Assembly (NCBI RefSeq): GCF_009914755.1
Contig: NC_060934.1
Reading direction: 5' to 3' (one strand)
Source: the human T2T-CHM13v2.0 reference genome, Homo sapiens
DNA: 64,000 nt
Part shown: positions 25,620 through 37,746 of the stretch, one piece after another
How the letters are laid out: every line of letters starts with the position of its first letter
Position numbering within the stretch: the stretch's first letter is position 1
Position numbers and translations under genes: made by a program
Notes under the pieces: model-generated
What the model was told of the DNA's origin: nothing
What the model saw: only the letters and a program-made list of their open reading frames with translations
The model's database searches: none

Positions 25620-26083
25620 CTTACCCATTACGTTTTGCTATGTAGCAAACCATACTCAAAGTTGGTAGCTTAAAACAACAAACATTTTTAGCTCACAATT
25701 ATGGGGGTCCATTGGGCAGTTCCTCTGGTTGAACTCAGCTGGGCTCATTATGAGTCTGCAGTCAGCTGGCAGTAGCTGACGGATTGGCTGGCAGTTGGAT
25801 AACCTAGGATGAACTCATTCCCAAGTCTGGCATTTGGCAGGTTGTCAGATGTGGCAAAGATATGGGCCTGTAAGCTTCAGCTTCCTCACACACTGCAGGA
25901 ATGCAAAAGCAGCAATAGCCAAAGCTGCAAAATATCATGAATCCTGGGTTCAGAACCAGAACAAGGTCACTTTTGCCATAGGCAAGTCAAAATGCCACAG
26001 CACAGTAAAAAGTGTGGAAGATTTAAACCCCTTGTTTTAATAAGGGGTACTGCAAAGTATTGTGGCAATTTTTGACACACAAC
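25620..26083 (-). mobile_element. MLT1G/H-type MaLR LTR
   Basis: tgctatgtagcaaaccatactcaaagttggtagcttaaaacaac...tctgcagtcagctggcag. Confidence 0.65.
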
Positions 26084-27087
26084 TGCAGTCTCCATTGCAA
26101 ATCTTTTAGCATTCTGCAACCATTATTTTCCACTAATTGTTATTTCTGTTCATTCTCAAGAGGTGATAATATTTTTAAATTAAGAAAAAATGAACACAGT
26201 AAATTATGTTTCTGTCGAGCAATATGTGCATAAGAGATTAAGTGAACAGGCAAATGCCCAAATGGCACACAATTATTTCATGGCAGATTAAGAAAGCTTC
26301 AGCAGGTGCTATTTTTAAAACCAAGATGCTCTTCTGTAGTGACAGATGCTGCTGCTCTGGGGATGTCTTTCAATAACAGAATACTTTCACCAGAAAAAGA
26401 ATTTAAACTGGTATGATTGTGTCCCCAGAACAAAGGTACTCTAGGCACTAGAAAGCCCTAAAGATACTGCTGTTATTGATCTTGGTTTGCTCTTTCAACG
26501 CATCCACAAAGAAGAGAATGTACACGTGTCACAATTCATAACATTTGCAAGGCACTTTGGTGCAACAGTTCAGAAGCATTTAATAATTTAAGTTTCATTG
26601 ATTATGACATTGCTTCCACGGTATATTCCCCACCAAAACCCCATAATCAGCTACTATTCAGGAATAAAATTTTTTTCAATTAGCCTCTAGGAAAGAGGGG
26701 TTTCCACCACAGGTCTGGGAAATCTGCAAATTTTAAAATGCAATGTAACTAAAACATACATAATGTAACAGGAGTGCAGTCTGAGTGAAATGATCTGAAA
26801 AGAGAGTATAAAGAGTAGAAAAATCGAGTGCTCAAACATAGCAGAATCCTAAAAGATCCTAGTTACAATAGTCATGTAGCTTTCTACAGCATAGAGACCA
26901 TCCCCTACTTGATACCTGCATCCCTGTTATGAGGTCCATATTGTGAAAGCACTTAGGGGGGAAAAATAATTGTAATAATGGACAGCTCACTAGTTTTGTG
27001 TTTGTAAAGTTTTTAAATTATCTACTTATGCATTTATATAACTTTTTAAAGTCCACAATTTAACATTCTCTCTGCTAGCAAGAAAAA

Positions 27088-27259
27088 CAATGTCTGGAGG
27101 TATTTTGAGTTGTCACAAGTGTGGAGGAGAGATGCTACTGGCATCCACTTGGGAGAAACCAAGGATGCTGCTGAACATCGTACAGTGCACAGCACAGCCT
27201 CCCACAACAAACAATGATCAATTCCAAAATTTCAATAGTGCTATAGTTAAGAAACACTG
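27088..27259 (+). mobile_element. MER20 hAT-Charlie MITE (partial)
   Basis: caatgtctggagg...gatgctactggcatc...gatgctgctgaacatc...taagaaacactg. Confidence 0.85.
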
Positions 27260-27370
27260 AATTACATTAGAAAGCATGTGAAATAGACTCTACTTTGAGA
27301 ACAAATGTATAATGTGGCTATACACAACCAAAAGTCCCAGTGTGTAATTTGTTATTATTAACTTAACAGG

Positions 27371-27826
27371 TGTGATGGTTAATACCGCGTGTCAATTTGA
27401 TTGGATTGAAGGATGCAAAGTATTAATCCTGGGTGTGTCTGTGAGAGCGTTGCCAAAGGAGATTAACATTTGAGTCAGTGGGCTGGGAAAGGTAGACCCA
27501 CCCTTAATCTAGGTGGGCAAAATCTAATCAGCTGCCAGCTAAGTTAGGATAAAAGGCAGAAGAATGTGAAAACACTAGACTGGCTTAGTCTCCCAGCCTA
27601 CGTCTCCCATGCTGGATGTTTCCTGCCTTCAAACATTGGACTTCAAGTTCTTCAGCTTTGGGACTTGGACTGGCTTCCTTGCTCCCCAGCTTGCAGACAG
27701 CCTATTGTGGGACCTTGTAATTGTGTAAGTTTAATACTCCTTAATAAACTCCCATATATATATATGGGAGATATGTATATATATCTCCTATTAGTGCTGT
27801 GCCTCTAGAGAAGCCTGACTAATACC
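27371..27826 (+). mobile_element. MLT2A1-like (HERV-L) solo LTR
   Basis: tgtgatggttaatac...ttgattggattgaaggatgcaaagtatt...ctagagaagcctgactaatac. Confidence 0.92.
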
Positions 27827-27829
27827 AGG

Positions 27830-28055
27830 ATATGGCTTCACTAGTGAATTCTACCAAATATCTAAAATAGAATTAACATCAGTTCTTCTCCAACTCTTCC
27901 AAAAAATTGAAAGAGGAAGGAACACTTCCAAACTCATTTTTTGAGGCTGACATAAACCTGATACCAAAGTCAGACAGTGACACTAGAATAAAATTACAGG
28001 CCAATAACCCTGAAGAATATATGTGTAAAAATATTGAACAAAATGCTAGCAAACT
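27830..28055 (+). mobile_element. L1 ORF2 internal fragment
   Basis: EEGTLPNSFFEADINLIPKSD matches the ORF2p region preceding the RT domain. Confidence 0.85.
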
Positions 28056-28129
28056 CTGTCAGAGTAAGGGTTTAGAGAGAAGGACTCATAGAAGATCACT
28101 TAGTTCTAAAAGTTCTTTTGGGAAAGTAA

Positions 28130-29790
<1,661 letters not shown>

Positions 29791-29797
29791 GCTTCTG

Positions 29798-30110
29798 TTT
29801 TTTTGGTAACATCACTTTGTGGAGGTATGACTGACTTGTAAAAAGCTATGCATATCTAATGCTTACATTAGATTAATTTAGAGATAAATATGCACCATGA
29901 AATCATCACCACTATCAAGGCCATAGACATCTCCATCAATTTAAAAAGTTTCCTTCTGCTTGTATAATCATCATAATTAACACTATTGATTAAAAACCCT
30001 TTACATAACATCTACTGTCTTAGCAAGTTTTAAGTATACAATACAGTAGTGCTAGCTATAGGTACTATGTTGCATAGTAGAGCTCAAAAACTTATTTTAT
30101 GTGTCAGATA
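29798..30110 (-). mobile_element. L1MA10/L1MB-type 3' end fragment
   Basis: ttttaagtatacaatacagtag...ataggtactatgttgcatagtagagctcaaaaacttatt. Confidence 0.7.
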
Positions 30111-30119
30111 AACTCTACA

Positions 30120-31000
30120 GTTCTACTATTTCCACTTTTCCAGTTCCATTTATACATTGAGATACCATATTTATTTTTGCATAATAAACATATTTTCTTT
30201 GTCTCTCTTGTATATGTCCTTAGATGTTTTTATTATATGTGCTCGAAAATCTTTTTCTGCAAATGCCAACACCTAGGATATCTTAAGATCAGTTTGTATT
30301 GACTTTTCTTCCCCTTTAGGCTTTGAGTCACATTTTTCTGTTCCCTGCATGTTTAGTAATTCTTTTATTGCATATCAAATACTGTGTATTCTATACACTA
30401 GTGATTCTGGATGTCTCAATTGTCTTCCTCTAAAGAATGTTAAATTGTCTTATGGTAGGCAGCTGACTTGTCTAGTTTTGAACTGCAAACTCTACTGCTC
30501 CTGTAGTAGGAAACTGCTAAAACTTCTGCTTAATTCCCTCATCCTGTGTTCTTATAGCATCCCACCTGACCCCTTGGAATTTCTTCCTTGTAAAAACATC
30601 TCAATGTCAGACATGGAGACAGGCTGAGTTTATAAATAAATTTGCAGGCTTCTTCCTCAAAGTCTTTCTGTTTTCTGGGACTTTATTTAATTTTTAGTAT
30701 ATCTGTTGGCCCCAGACTCAGTCCTCTAATGTCTCAACCCAGTAGGACTCTTGTTTTGTGTTCTAATCACTCTATGCCCTGAGCCAGAGAGGATACCCAA
30801 GGTAAACTGTTGTGTCAATCTGAATAATCTCCATTATAATTTCTTTAAGGTTCAACTTCTTTCCAGATTTTGCTAACTTTTTCTTGCCTGCTCATGCCTT
30901 CAAATAGATTTTAAAAACATATTTATCATTGTGTACATTTATTGTTTATGGAAGGGTTATGCTAATAAAATCAACACCTTTATTACAAGAATTAGAACTC
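30120..31000 (-). mobile_element. Very old L1ME-type 5'/ORF1 remnant
   Basis: T-rich degenerate L1-like sequence (tcacatttttctgttccctgcatgtttagtaatt). Confidence 0.45.
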
Positions 31001-31904
31001 CCTTTAGTAGACTTTTGCTTATAAAATCATGTTCTCAAAATAAAGAAAAAAATGAATTTTTTCTAATCTTGGGTCACATCAGTTGTGTTTTGTACATTAT
31101 TATTTATTCTTTAAAATATATCACTGTAGATTTTGCATTTTCCAGGGCTATTTGGAGGTGCTTAAGTCAAAATTTACTGCTTCTCTCTATTATGATGTCT
31201 TATTATTTTTTAACATATAAAACAGAAAAATAGCCAGCCGTAAGAGATGACTTTTAATATAAATAACAATTCTTACAATGCCAAAATATCTTTTACAAAA
31301 GGTGGTTATAAGGTATCATTCTTAGATTAGGCATTTCATTATCTAAAGAGAGTATGCATCTGATTGATGAACACACTGAGACAGATTCATTTACACCGTT
31401 AACTCATTTATCCTCTTTAAAAAGTATAATTTTCAGAGAGTATTATACTATATTGGTAATAATAATTACAGCTGTATTGTCAAGTTCCTGTATACCTGGT
31501 CTTATTTTTAGGACTAGACATACATTATTTCGTTTAATTTCTATAACTTAAGGTGTGTATTGAATCTGTCTTTCATAAATTACCATACTTTTGACAGGAA
31601 AATGAAATTTTTCCAATGTCTCCAATAAAGGGAGAAGTAGAACCAGGAGTTCAGAGAGGAGCAAGGAGATTAGAGGTGGAAAAATGCCACAGAGAAGACC
31701 TATGGAAATTTACAACATATAGAAATACTCAAGAAATTATATTGCTTTTACTGAATAGTGACATTAGCAAGATGGTAGAATAAGACCATTTTAGCCCCAA
31801 AGAAACAGATATTCACAAACACCGATGGGCAGGAATACCCCTTTAGGAACCCAGGAGTCCAGAAGATAGCACTCTATTTTAGCAAAAACTTGAACAAGAG
31901 ACAC

Positions 31905-32204
31905 TTTTTTTTTTTTTTTAAAGACAGGGTCTCACTTTGTCACCTAGGCTGGAGTGCAGTGGCACGATCTCGGCTCACTGTAACCTTGACCTCCTGGGCT
32001 CAAGTGATCCTCCCACCTCAGCCCCCTGCAAGTGGCTGGGACTACAGGCATGCAGCACCTTGCCTGGCTAATTTTTGTATTTTTTTGTAGAGACAGGCTT
32101 TCGCCATGTTCCCAGGCTGGTTTTGAACTCCTGAGCTCAAACAATCTGCCCACCTCAGCCTCCCAAAGTACCTGGATTATAGGCATGAGCCACTACATGT
32201 GGCC
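31905..32204 (-). mobile_element. AluJ, full length
   Basis: acagggtctcac...ctcctgggctcaagtgatcctccc J-type features; degenerate TSD acaa(gag/t)acacttt. Confidence 0.93.
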
Positions 32205-32231
32205 ACAATACACTTTGAGGAGAAATAAGAA

Positions 32232-33041
32232 TGTCACCGAGGGGTGTAGGAGTTCTTGGTTCTTGTCTTGTGAGAAAGAATTTGGCCAAGAGACAATTAG
32301 TAAAGTAAACAAAGGTTTATCGAAGGAAAATAAAGAGCGGAGAGTTTATTGAAGGATAGACGATCCCAGAGAGGAGTGGGCTGACCCGACTGGGAGCAGA
32401 AACACTAGCAGAAAGGCTTTAGTGGTAGCAGAGTTCATTTAAAGAGGGAGAGTAGTTTGCTTGAAAGAGAATGGGCTGGCAGCCCCAAGTTCAACATTGT
32501 GGTTTTTATTATATTGGACTCTTTCTTTAAGCTCCTGCTTCTGTCGTAAGTCTTTGTTTTGTCTTTGTCTAGTTTCATTCTTCAGCCTTTAGTCCCCACC
32601 TTTTCCCCATCTAGTTACTGCCCCAGATTTGTGGGATTCTCCCTTACTATCAGCTGATGCCCGTGTGCAGGCCTGATGTTGGATACAAGTCCAGCCTAAT
32701 GGTGGCATTGCTCATTACTGCCATCCCAGGAAGGTCATATAGCCATTCATTCTGTACTTATTGCACCTGCGTATCTCTTAGGAATTTCTTCTTTGCCCTC
32801 TTTCTCTCCTTATCAGCATGTAGCTAGCTGCATTCTGATAGGTTAACTGCAGAGAGAGCAATTACTGGGCATCTTAAGGAGCATTTTGGGGGTGAGTTTT
32901 TCTGCATAGATATGTCCCTTCCTCTCTGCTCATATCTAGCATGAATATTTCTGATACTGTCTGGGGTGTGACATTTTCCAGACCTCCTCTTTTTAGGGGC
33001 TTCTCTTCCTACTCATATCTAGCTGTCTGCCTACTCTAACA
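32232..33041 (-). mobile_element. ERV1 solo LTR (MER50/MER66/MER73/MER87-related; exact family uncertain)
   Basis: TG...CA ends; 4-bp TSD agaa (32228-31, 33042-45); reverse strand starts tgttagagtaggcagacagctagatatgag. Confidence 0.85.
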
Positions 33042-33867
33042 AGAATAGTTTCAGTTTACTTGCATCATCCCTCTCACAAGACAGCACAGCTCAATGTCAT
33101 GAGATAAACCAAGTGAACAAACTTCTAGCTAGACTAAGATAAAAGAGAAAAGACTCAAATAATAAAATTATAAATGAAGAAGAGATTTTTTGGATATAAC
33201 ACCAAAAGCAAAGGAATCAAGAACAAAAAGAAATAAATGAGACCACAAGAAACTAAAATGATTTTGTGTAATAAATAATCAACATGAGAGAAAATCAACT
33301 TTAAAGAATGAGAGGAAATATTTGCAAACCACATATGTGATAGAGTTAATATTCAAATGATCTAAGGAATTCATATGACTCAATAGCAAACAAAAAACCA
33401 AATAACTCAATTTAAAAATGGCCTAACCTCAATAGACACTTCTCAAAAGAAGACATAAAAAGGACAAACAGGTATATGAAAAGGTGTTCAAAATCACTAA
33501 TCATCAGGGAAATGCAAATCAAAACCACAATGAGACATCACCTTACACCTCTGAAAATGGATTTTATCAGAGACAAAAGCGGTAAGTGTTGGTGAAGATG
33601 TGTATAAAAATGATGCCTTGTACGATGTTAGGAGTAATGTCAACTGGTTCAGCCATTATGGAAAAAATATGAAGATTCCTCAAAAATTAAAAATAGAACT
33701 TTCATATGAATCAGCAATCTCACTTCGGAATGTTTATCCAAAGGAACTGAAATCAGGGTCTTGAAGAGACAATCACAGTCATATTCATTGCAATATTCAC
33801 ATTAGCAATATGGAAACACCGAAGTGTTCACTGGATAGATGAATTGATAAACAAAGTATGGTATAAA

Positions 33868-33997
33868 TTCTAGCACTTTGGGAGGCTGAGGTGCAAGGAT
33901 CACTTGAGCCCAGAGGTTGAGGCTGCAGTGAGCCATGATTCCTGCATTCTAGGTGACAGAGCAAGACAATGTGCTTAAAAAAGAAAAGAAAAGAAAA
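33868..33997 (+). mobile_element. Alu monomer (FRAM/AluJ-derived fragment)
   Basis: agcactttgggaggctgagg...gaggctgcagtgagccatgatt...(gaaaa)n tail. Confidence 0.85.
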
Positions 33998-34205
33998 CTC
34001 CAGAAGAAAATAACATGTGATATATGCATATAAGGAAATATCATTTTATTTTATTTTTTATTTTATTTTTGTGTTGTTGCCATTTGCAACAACAAAAGAG
34101 ATAACAAAATGTTGCCATTTGCAACAACACAAAAGGACCTGGAGATCATTATGCTAAATGAAATAAGCCATACACAGAAAGACAAATGCTGTATTATCTA
34201 ACTTA

Positions 34206-34784
34206 TGTTACAGTCTCACCAATGCACCACAATGTAGCAGTCTCTCATTGCCTGAGGTATCACCCTGAGTCCTTTGTCTCATGACCAAGAAGGTTAAGGA
34301 GCATAAACACCAAGGGTGAGGTTGGAGCAAAAGTTTAACAAGCGAAAGAACAAAGCTCTTTGCTGTGGAGAGGGGGCCCAGAAGGCTTTCACAAGATGAA
34401 TGCAAACGCTTTTTTTATAGTTGAATGCGAAGGCTTTCACAAGAAACCAATGAGGGGCTGGGCATCTTATTTGCATAAGATGTGAATTTCTGGTAGCTCC
34501 ACCCCATCCTCCTAGTGCGCATGAATGCCTGTAGCTTGAGTTACTCCATATTGCTTTGTTCCCCTTACTGCACATGTGTCAGACAGAATTTTCCATTGTG
34601 AGCATGTCTGGGCAAGTCACCTGTGTGGCCCTTCTTATCTTGCAGCTGTGGGCATGTCTTAGGCAACACCTCCTGTGCAAGTTCCCTTATCTGTCCCTGC
34701 AGGGTGTTCTTTTGCTTGAAATAATTCAAACAAGGACACACCCTAACTGCCTGCCTAACTGGTTTCTTCCTTTCTCCTCTCTGT
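34206..34784 (-). mobile_element. MER61-family ERV1 solo LTR
   Basis: 4-bp TSD ctta (34202-05, 34785-88); reverse strand starts agagaggagaaaggaagaaaccagttaggcaggcagttaggg; repeated acttgcc..gacatgc units. Confidence 0.85.
34600..34619. promoter_or_regulatory. Candidate p53-family response element GAGCATGTCT-GGGCAAGTCA (no spacer)
   Basis: 19/20 match to RRRCWWGYYY x2, inside the MER61-type LTR. Confidence 0.7.
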
Positions 34785-35016
34785 CTTATACCTAGTATAT
34801 AAAACAGTCAGACTCATAGAAGCAGAGAGTAGAATGACGGGGGATGGCGGAAAGGAATATGGGGAGATTTTGGTCAAGGGGTACAAAGTTAATACAAGAT
34901 GAATATGTTCTGCTGATCTAAAGTTTAGTATGTTAACTATAGGTAGCATGTGAGACTTGATTGTAAGTGTTCTCATCACAAACACGAGAAAAAAGTTAAC
35001 TGTATGAAATGATGGA

Positions 35017-35608
35017 TGTCAAAAGTAAAGTAGAGGTTCCTCTTCAAAAACTTTCCTCCCCATCTAATTAGGAATAAATAGTAACATCTCTTAGAAACAA
35101 AATTTATTCAAAGACCTGTGCTAACATTCTTAAATATCTACTAGCCATAATAAAGAAATCAATGTACTTTATGTTCTTAGCTCCCACAATTTAGCCTAAA
35201 TATTTGCCTTGGCATGCTTATACTGTTCTAAGCAAGCATTTGGTCATAGCCTGTTCCTCTTCCTTATTTGAAGATGTTTCATTGCCTTTCTCAGCATTCC
35301 ACAAGTTACTTCCTCCTTCCTTTGCTCTCCTCTGCCTTTGTCTCTTTTAAAAAGTTCTAAGTTGCTAGCCAATTGGGACAAATACAGAATGTGGGGTCCT
35401 ATTCCAGCCAATGGAAACTGGACACACCAGTAGGATGATGTGTCAAGTTATAGATTACCCTGTCTCCTTTGTTCAGTGTACTCTCATGGCAAAACTGCTG
35501 GTGAGTGTACCCTTTCTGCAGAAAGTATAAAAATGGCCTTGCTGAGGAAATTAAATTTATGTTCAAGTGCTATTTCTTTATGGCACCAGAGAACAAGCAT
35601 TTCAAACA
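35017..35608 (+). mobile_element. LTR10-family (LTR10C-like, HERV-I) solo LTR
   Basis: TG...CA ends; perfect 4-bp TSD tgga; aaagtagaggttcctcttcaaa start; two CCAAT boxes. Confidence 0.8.
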
Positions 35609-35875
35609 TGGACATGTTAATTATCTTGTTTGTGGTGATTTTTTCACAATGTGTATGTACATCAAATCATTAGGCTGTATACCTTAAATATATACAATGA
35701 AAAACAAATTAAAGCTTTACCAGATTTCACAAGACAAATGACAGCTAGTTCCTCATTTTAAATCAATGTAATAATGAACAGTCCAGATTCATGATTAAGA
35801 TCTAAATGTTATTTATAGAACAAGCAATGAGCCCTGTGATTCTGTAATTAATAATTTTTTACATATACATACATA

Positions 35876-36582
35876 TGATACCACCTTTCCAAAAGTTATA
35901 TCAGTGAGAAAATTTTAACAGTAAGCTAAGCTAACCCAACCCCCATCTTGCCCTTCCTTTAATTATTCCTGGGCTATTGGGCCAGGCTAACTTTGTAAGA
36001 CATTTAGGCTACAGTTTAAATGATAATAGGTCTTGCCCAAAACTCAACCACTTTTGTAAAGCTAATGGGAGGCCAGTAGGCTGGGGGAAGGAGGTGAACC
36101 TGAGTCCTGCTAAAGCACAGACATAAATGATGGTCAGTCATTTACTCCTGAGGTTCTGCGATATACAACTTCCCCAATTACTCCTTCAAATAACATCACT
36201 ATTGTATATGGGCCTTTTGAGATATCTTTCCAGGTTTTTGCAAGTTTGACACCCATGGCTCCACCTTGACTGCCAGTCCAGCTCCAGTGGCCCCAGCCAG
36301 AAGCAATTCAGCCCTCAGGAGAGCTCTGACCACCCCCCACCATGAGTTCATCTCCACCCCAACCAATTAGCAGCAAGCACCTGTTACCTGACTACCTCCA
36401 CCCCTTCCCCTAAACTGCCATTGAAAAACCCCTAACCTATGAGCTTTCAATTAGATTATTTGAGTATGAACTCCATCTTCCATGTGGTTTGGCTGGCCTA
36501 GTGCTTATTAAACTCTTTCTCTATAACAATGCCATGGTCTTTCTTTATGCAGTGGGCAGGAAGAATCCCATGGTTGGCTGTG
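35876..36582 (+). mobile_element. LTR26/LTR8-like ERV1 solo LTR
   Basis: tgataccacctttccaaaagttatatcagtgagaaaatt...attaaactctttctct...gcagtgggcaggaagaatccca. Confidence 0.75.
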
Positions 36583-36861
36583 TGTATGTGTATATATATA
36601 TTTGTATTTTGTTCCCATTTTCTGGCATGTAACTACTAAAACCCTTGTTATCCAAAGGGATAAGTGTCTTTTTGTATGCTAATGAGATGACTGAAGGCTG
36701 GGGCTTCTGGATAGCCTTGAGTTGGAGTCTGGTTGCCAGAGAAACCAATCATATAATTAGAGGGCTGGAAGTTTCAGTCGTAATCCTGACCTCCATGGAA
36801 AGGAGAGGGGCTGAAGGTTGAGCTCCTCACCAATGGCCAATGATTTAATCTATTATGCTTA

Positions 36862-37746
36862 TGTTGACAAAAAAGAAGCCAAATTCTGTAAAATATTTTA
36901 AGAGGTTTATTGTGAGCCAAATATGAGTGATTATGGTCCATCTTACAGACTGAAGAGTTCCTGAGAATATGTGCCCAAGATGGTTGGGTTGTAGCTTGGT
37001 TTTATACATCTTAGGAAGACAGAAGTCACAGGTTAAGACACAAAAGGGATACACTGGTTCGGCCTTGAAAAGTGAGATAACTTGAAGTGCAGAGAATCAA
37101 AGATCTTTTGATTGGCAATTGGTTGAAAGAGTTAAGCTTTGCCTTAACCTGAGAAGTTGAAATCAGCATTAAAAAAATTATGTGTTAAGATAAGGGGTGT
37201 TGGGCAAGCCAAGATTCTTTTTATGTAAATGAAGCTCCCAGGTAGCAGGCTTCAGAGGAAATAGATGGTAAAAGTCTCTTACAGGACTTTAAAAAGTGTC
37301 AGACTTAGCTAAATCTCTCCTGGATCAGGTAATGACCTGGAAAGGAAGGGGATTCTCTACAAAATGCAAACTTCCCCCATAAGAGATGGCTTTGCAGGGT
37401 CATTTCAAAATATGTCAAAGAAATACATTTTGGGGTAAAATACTTTGATTTCCTTCAGGGCCTGCTGTCACGTGATGCTAAACCATGGTCAGGTTGGAAT
37501 TAGGTATCTTATTGCTACAAAGAGTCGATTGTCAGTCTTAAAATCGCTGATCTCTATTTTAATGTTAATGCTGGTCAGTTGTGCCTAAACTCCAAGGGGA
37601 GGAGGGTGTGATGAAGCATGTTCCACCTCTCTTATTGTCATCCCTGAAATAGTTTTTCAGGTTTCTTAGGCATCCCCTTGGCCAAGGTGGGGGGGTGGCG
37701 TCTATTCAGTCAATAGTGAGGCTTAGAATTTTATTTTTAGTTCATA
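36862..37746 (-). mobile_element. MER4 (D/E-like) ERV1 solo LTR
   Basis: tgttgacaaaaaagaagccaaattctgtaaaatatttt...gcttagaattttatttttagttcata; degenerate TSD ctta/tcta. Confidence 0.88.

Larger units (their letters stand above)
31760..35712 (+). mobile_element. Internally deleted L1MA-type element (5' end plus ORF2 end/3' UTR) hosting AluJ, an ERV1 LTR, an Alu monomer, MER61 and LTR10
   Basis: 5' start gcaagatggtagaataag; ORF2 remnants at 33110-33860; 3' UTR continuous across the TSDs at 34206/34784 and 35017/35608. Confidence 0.7.
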
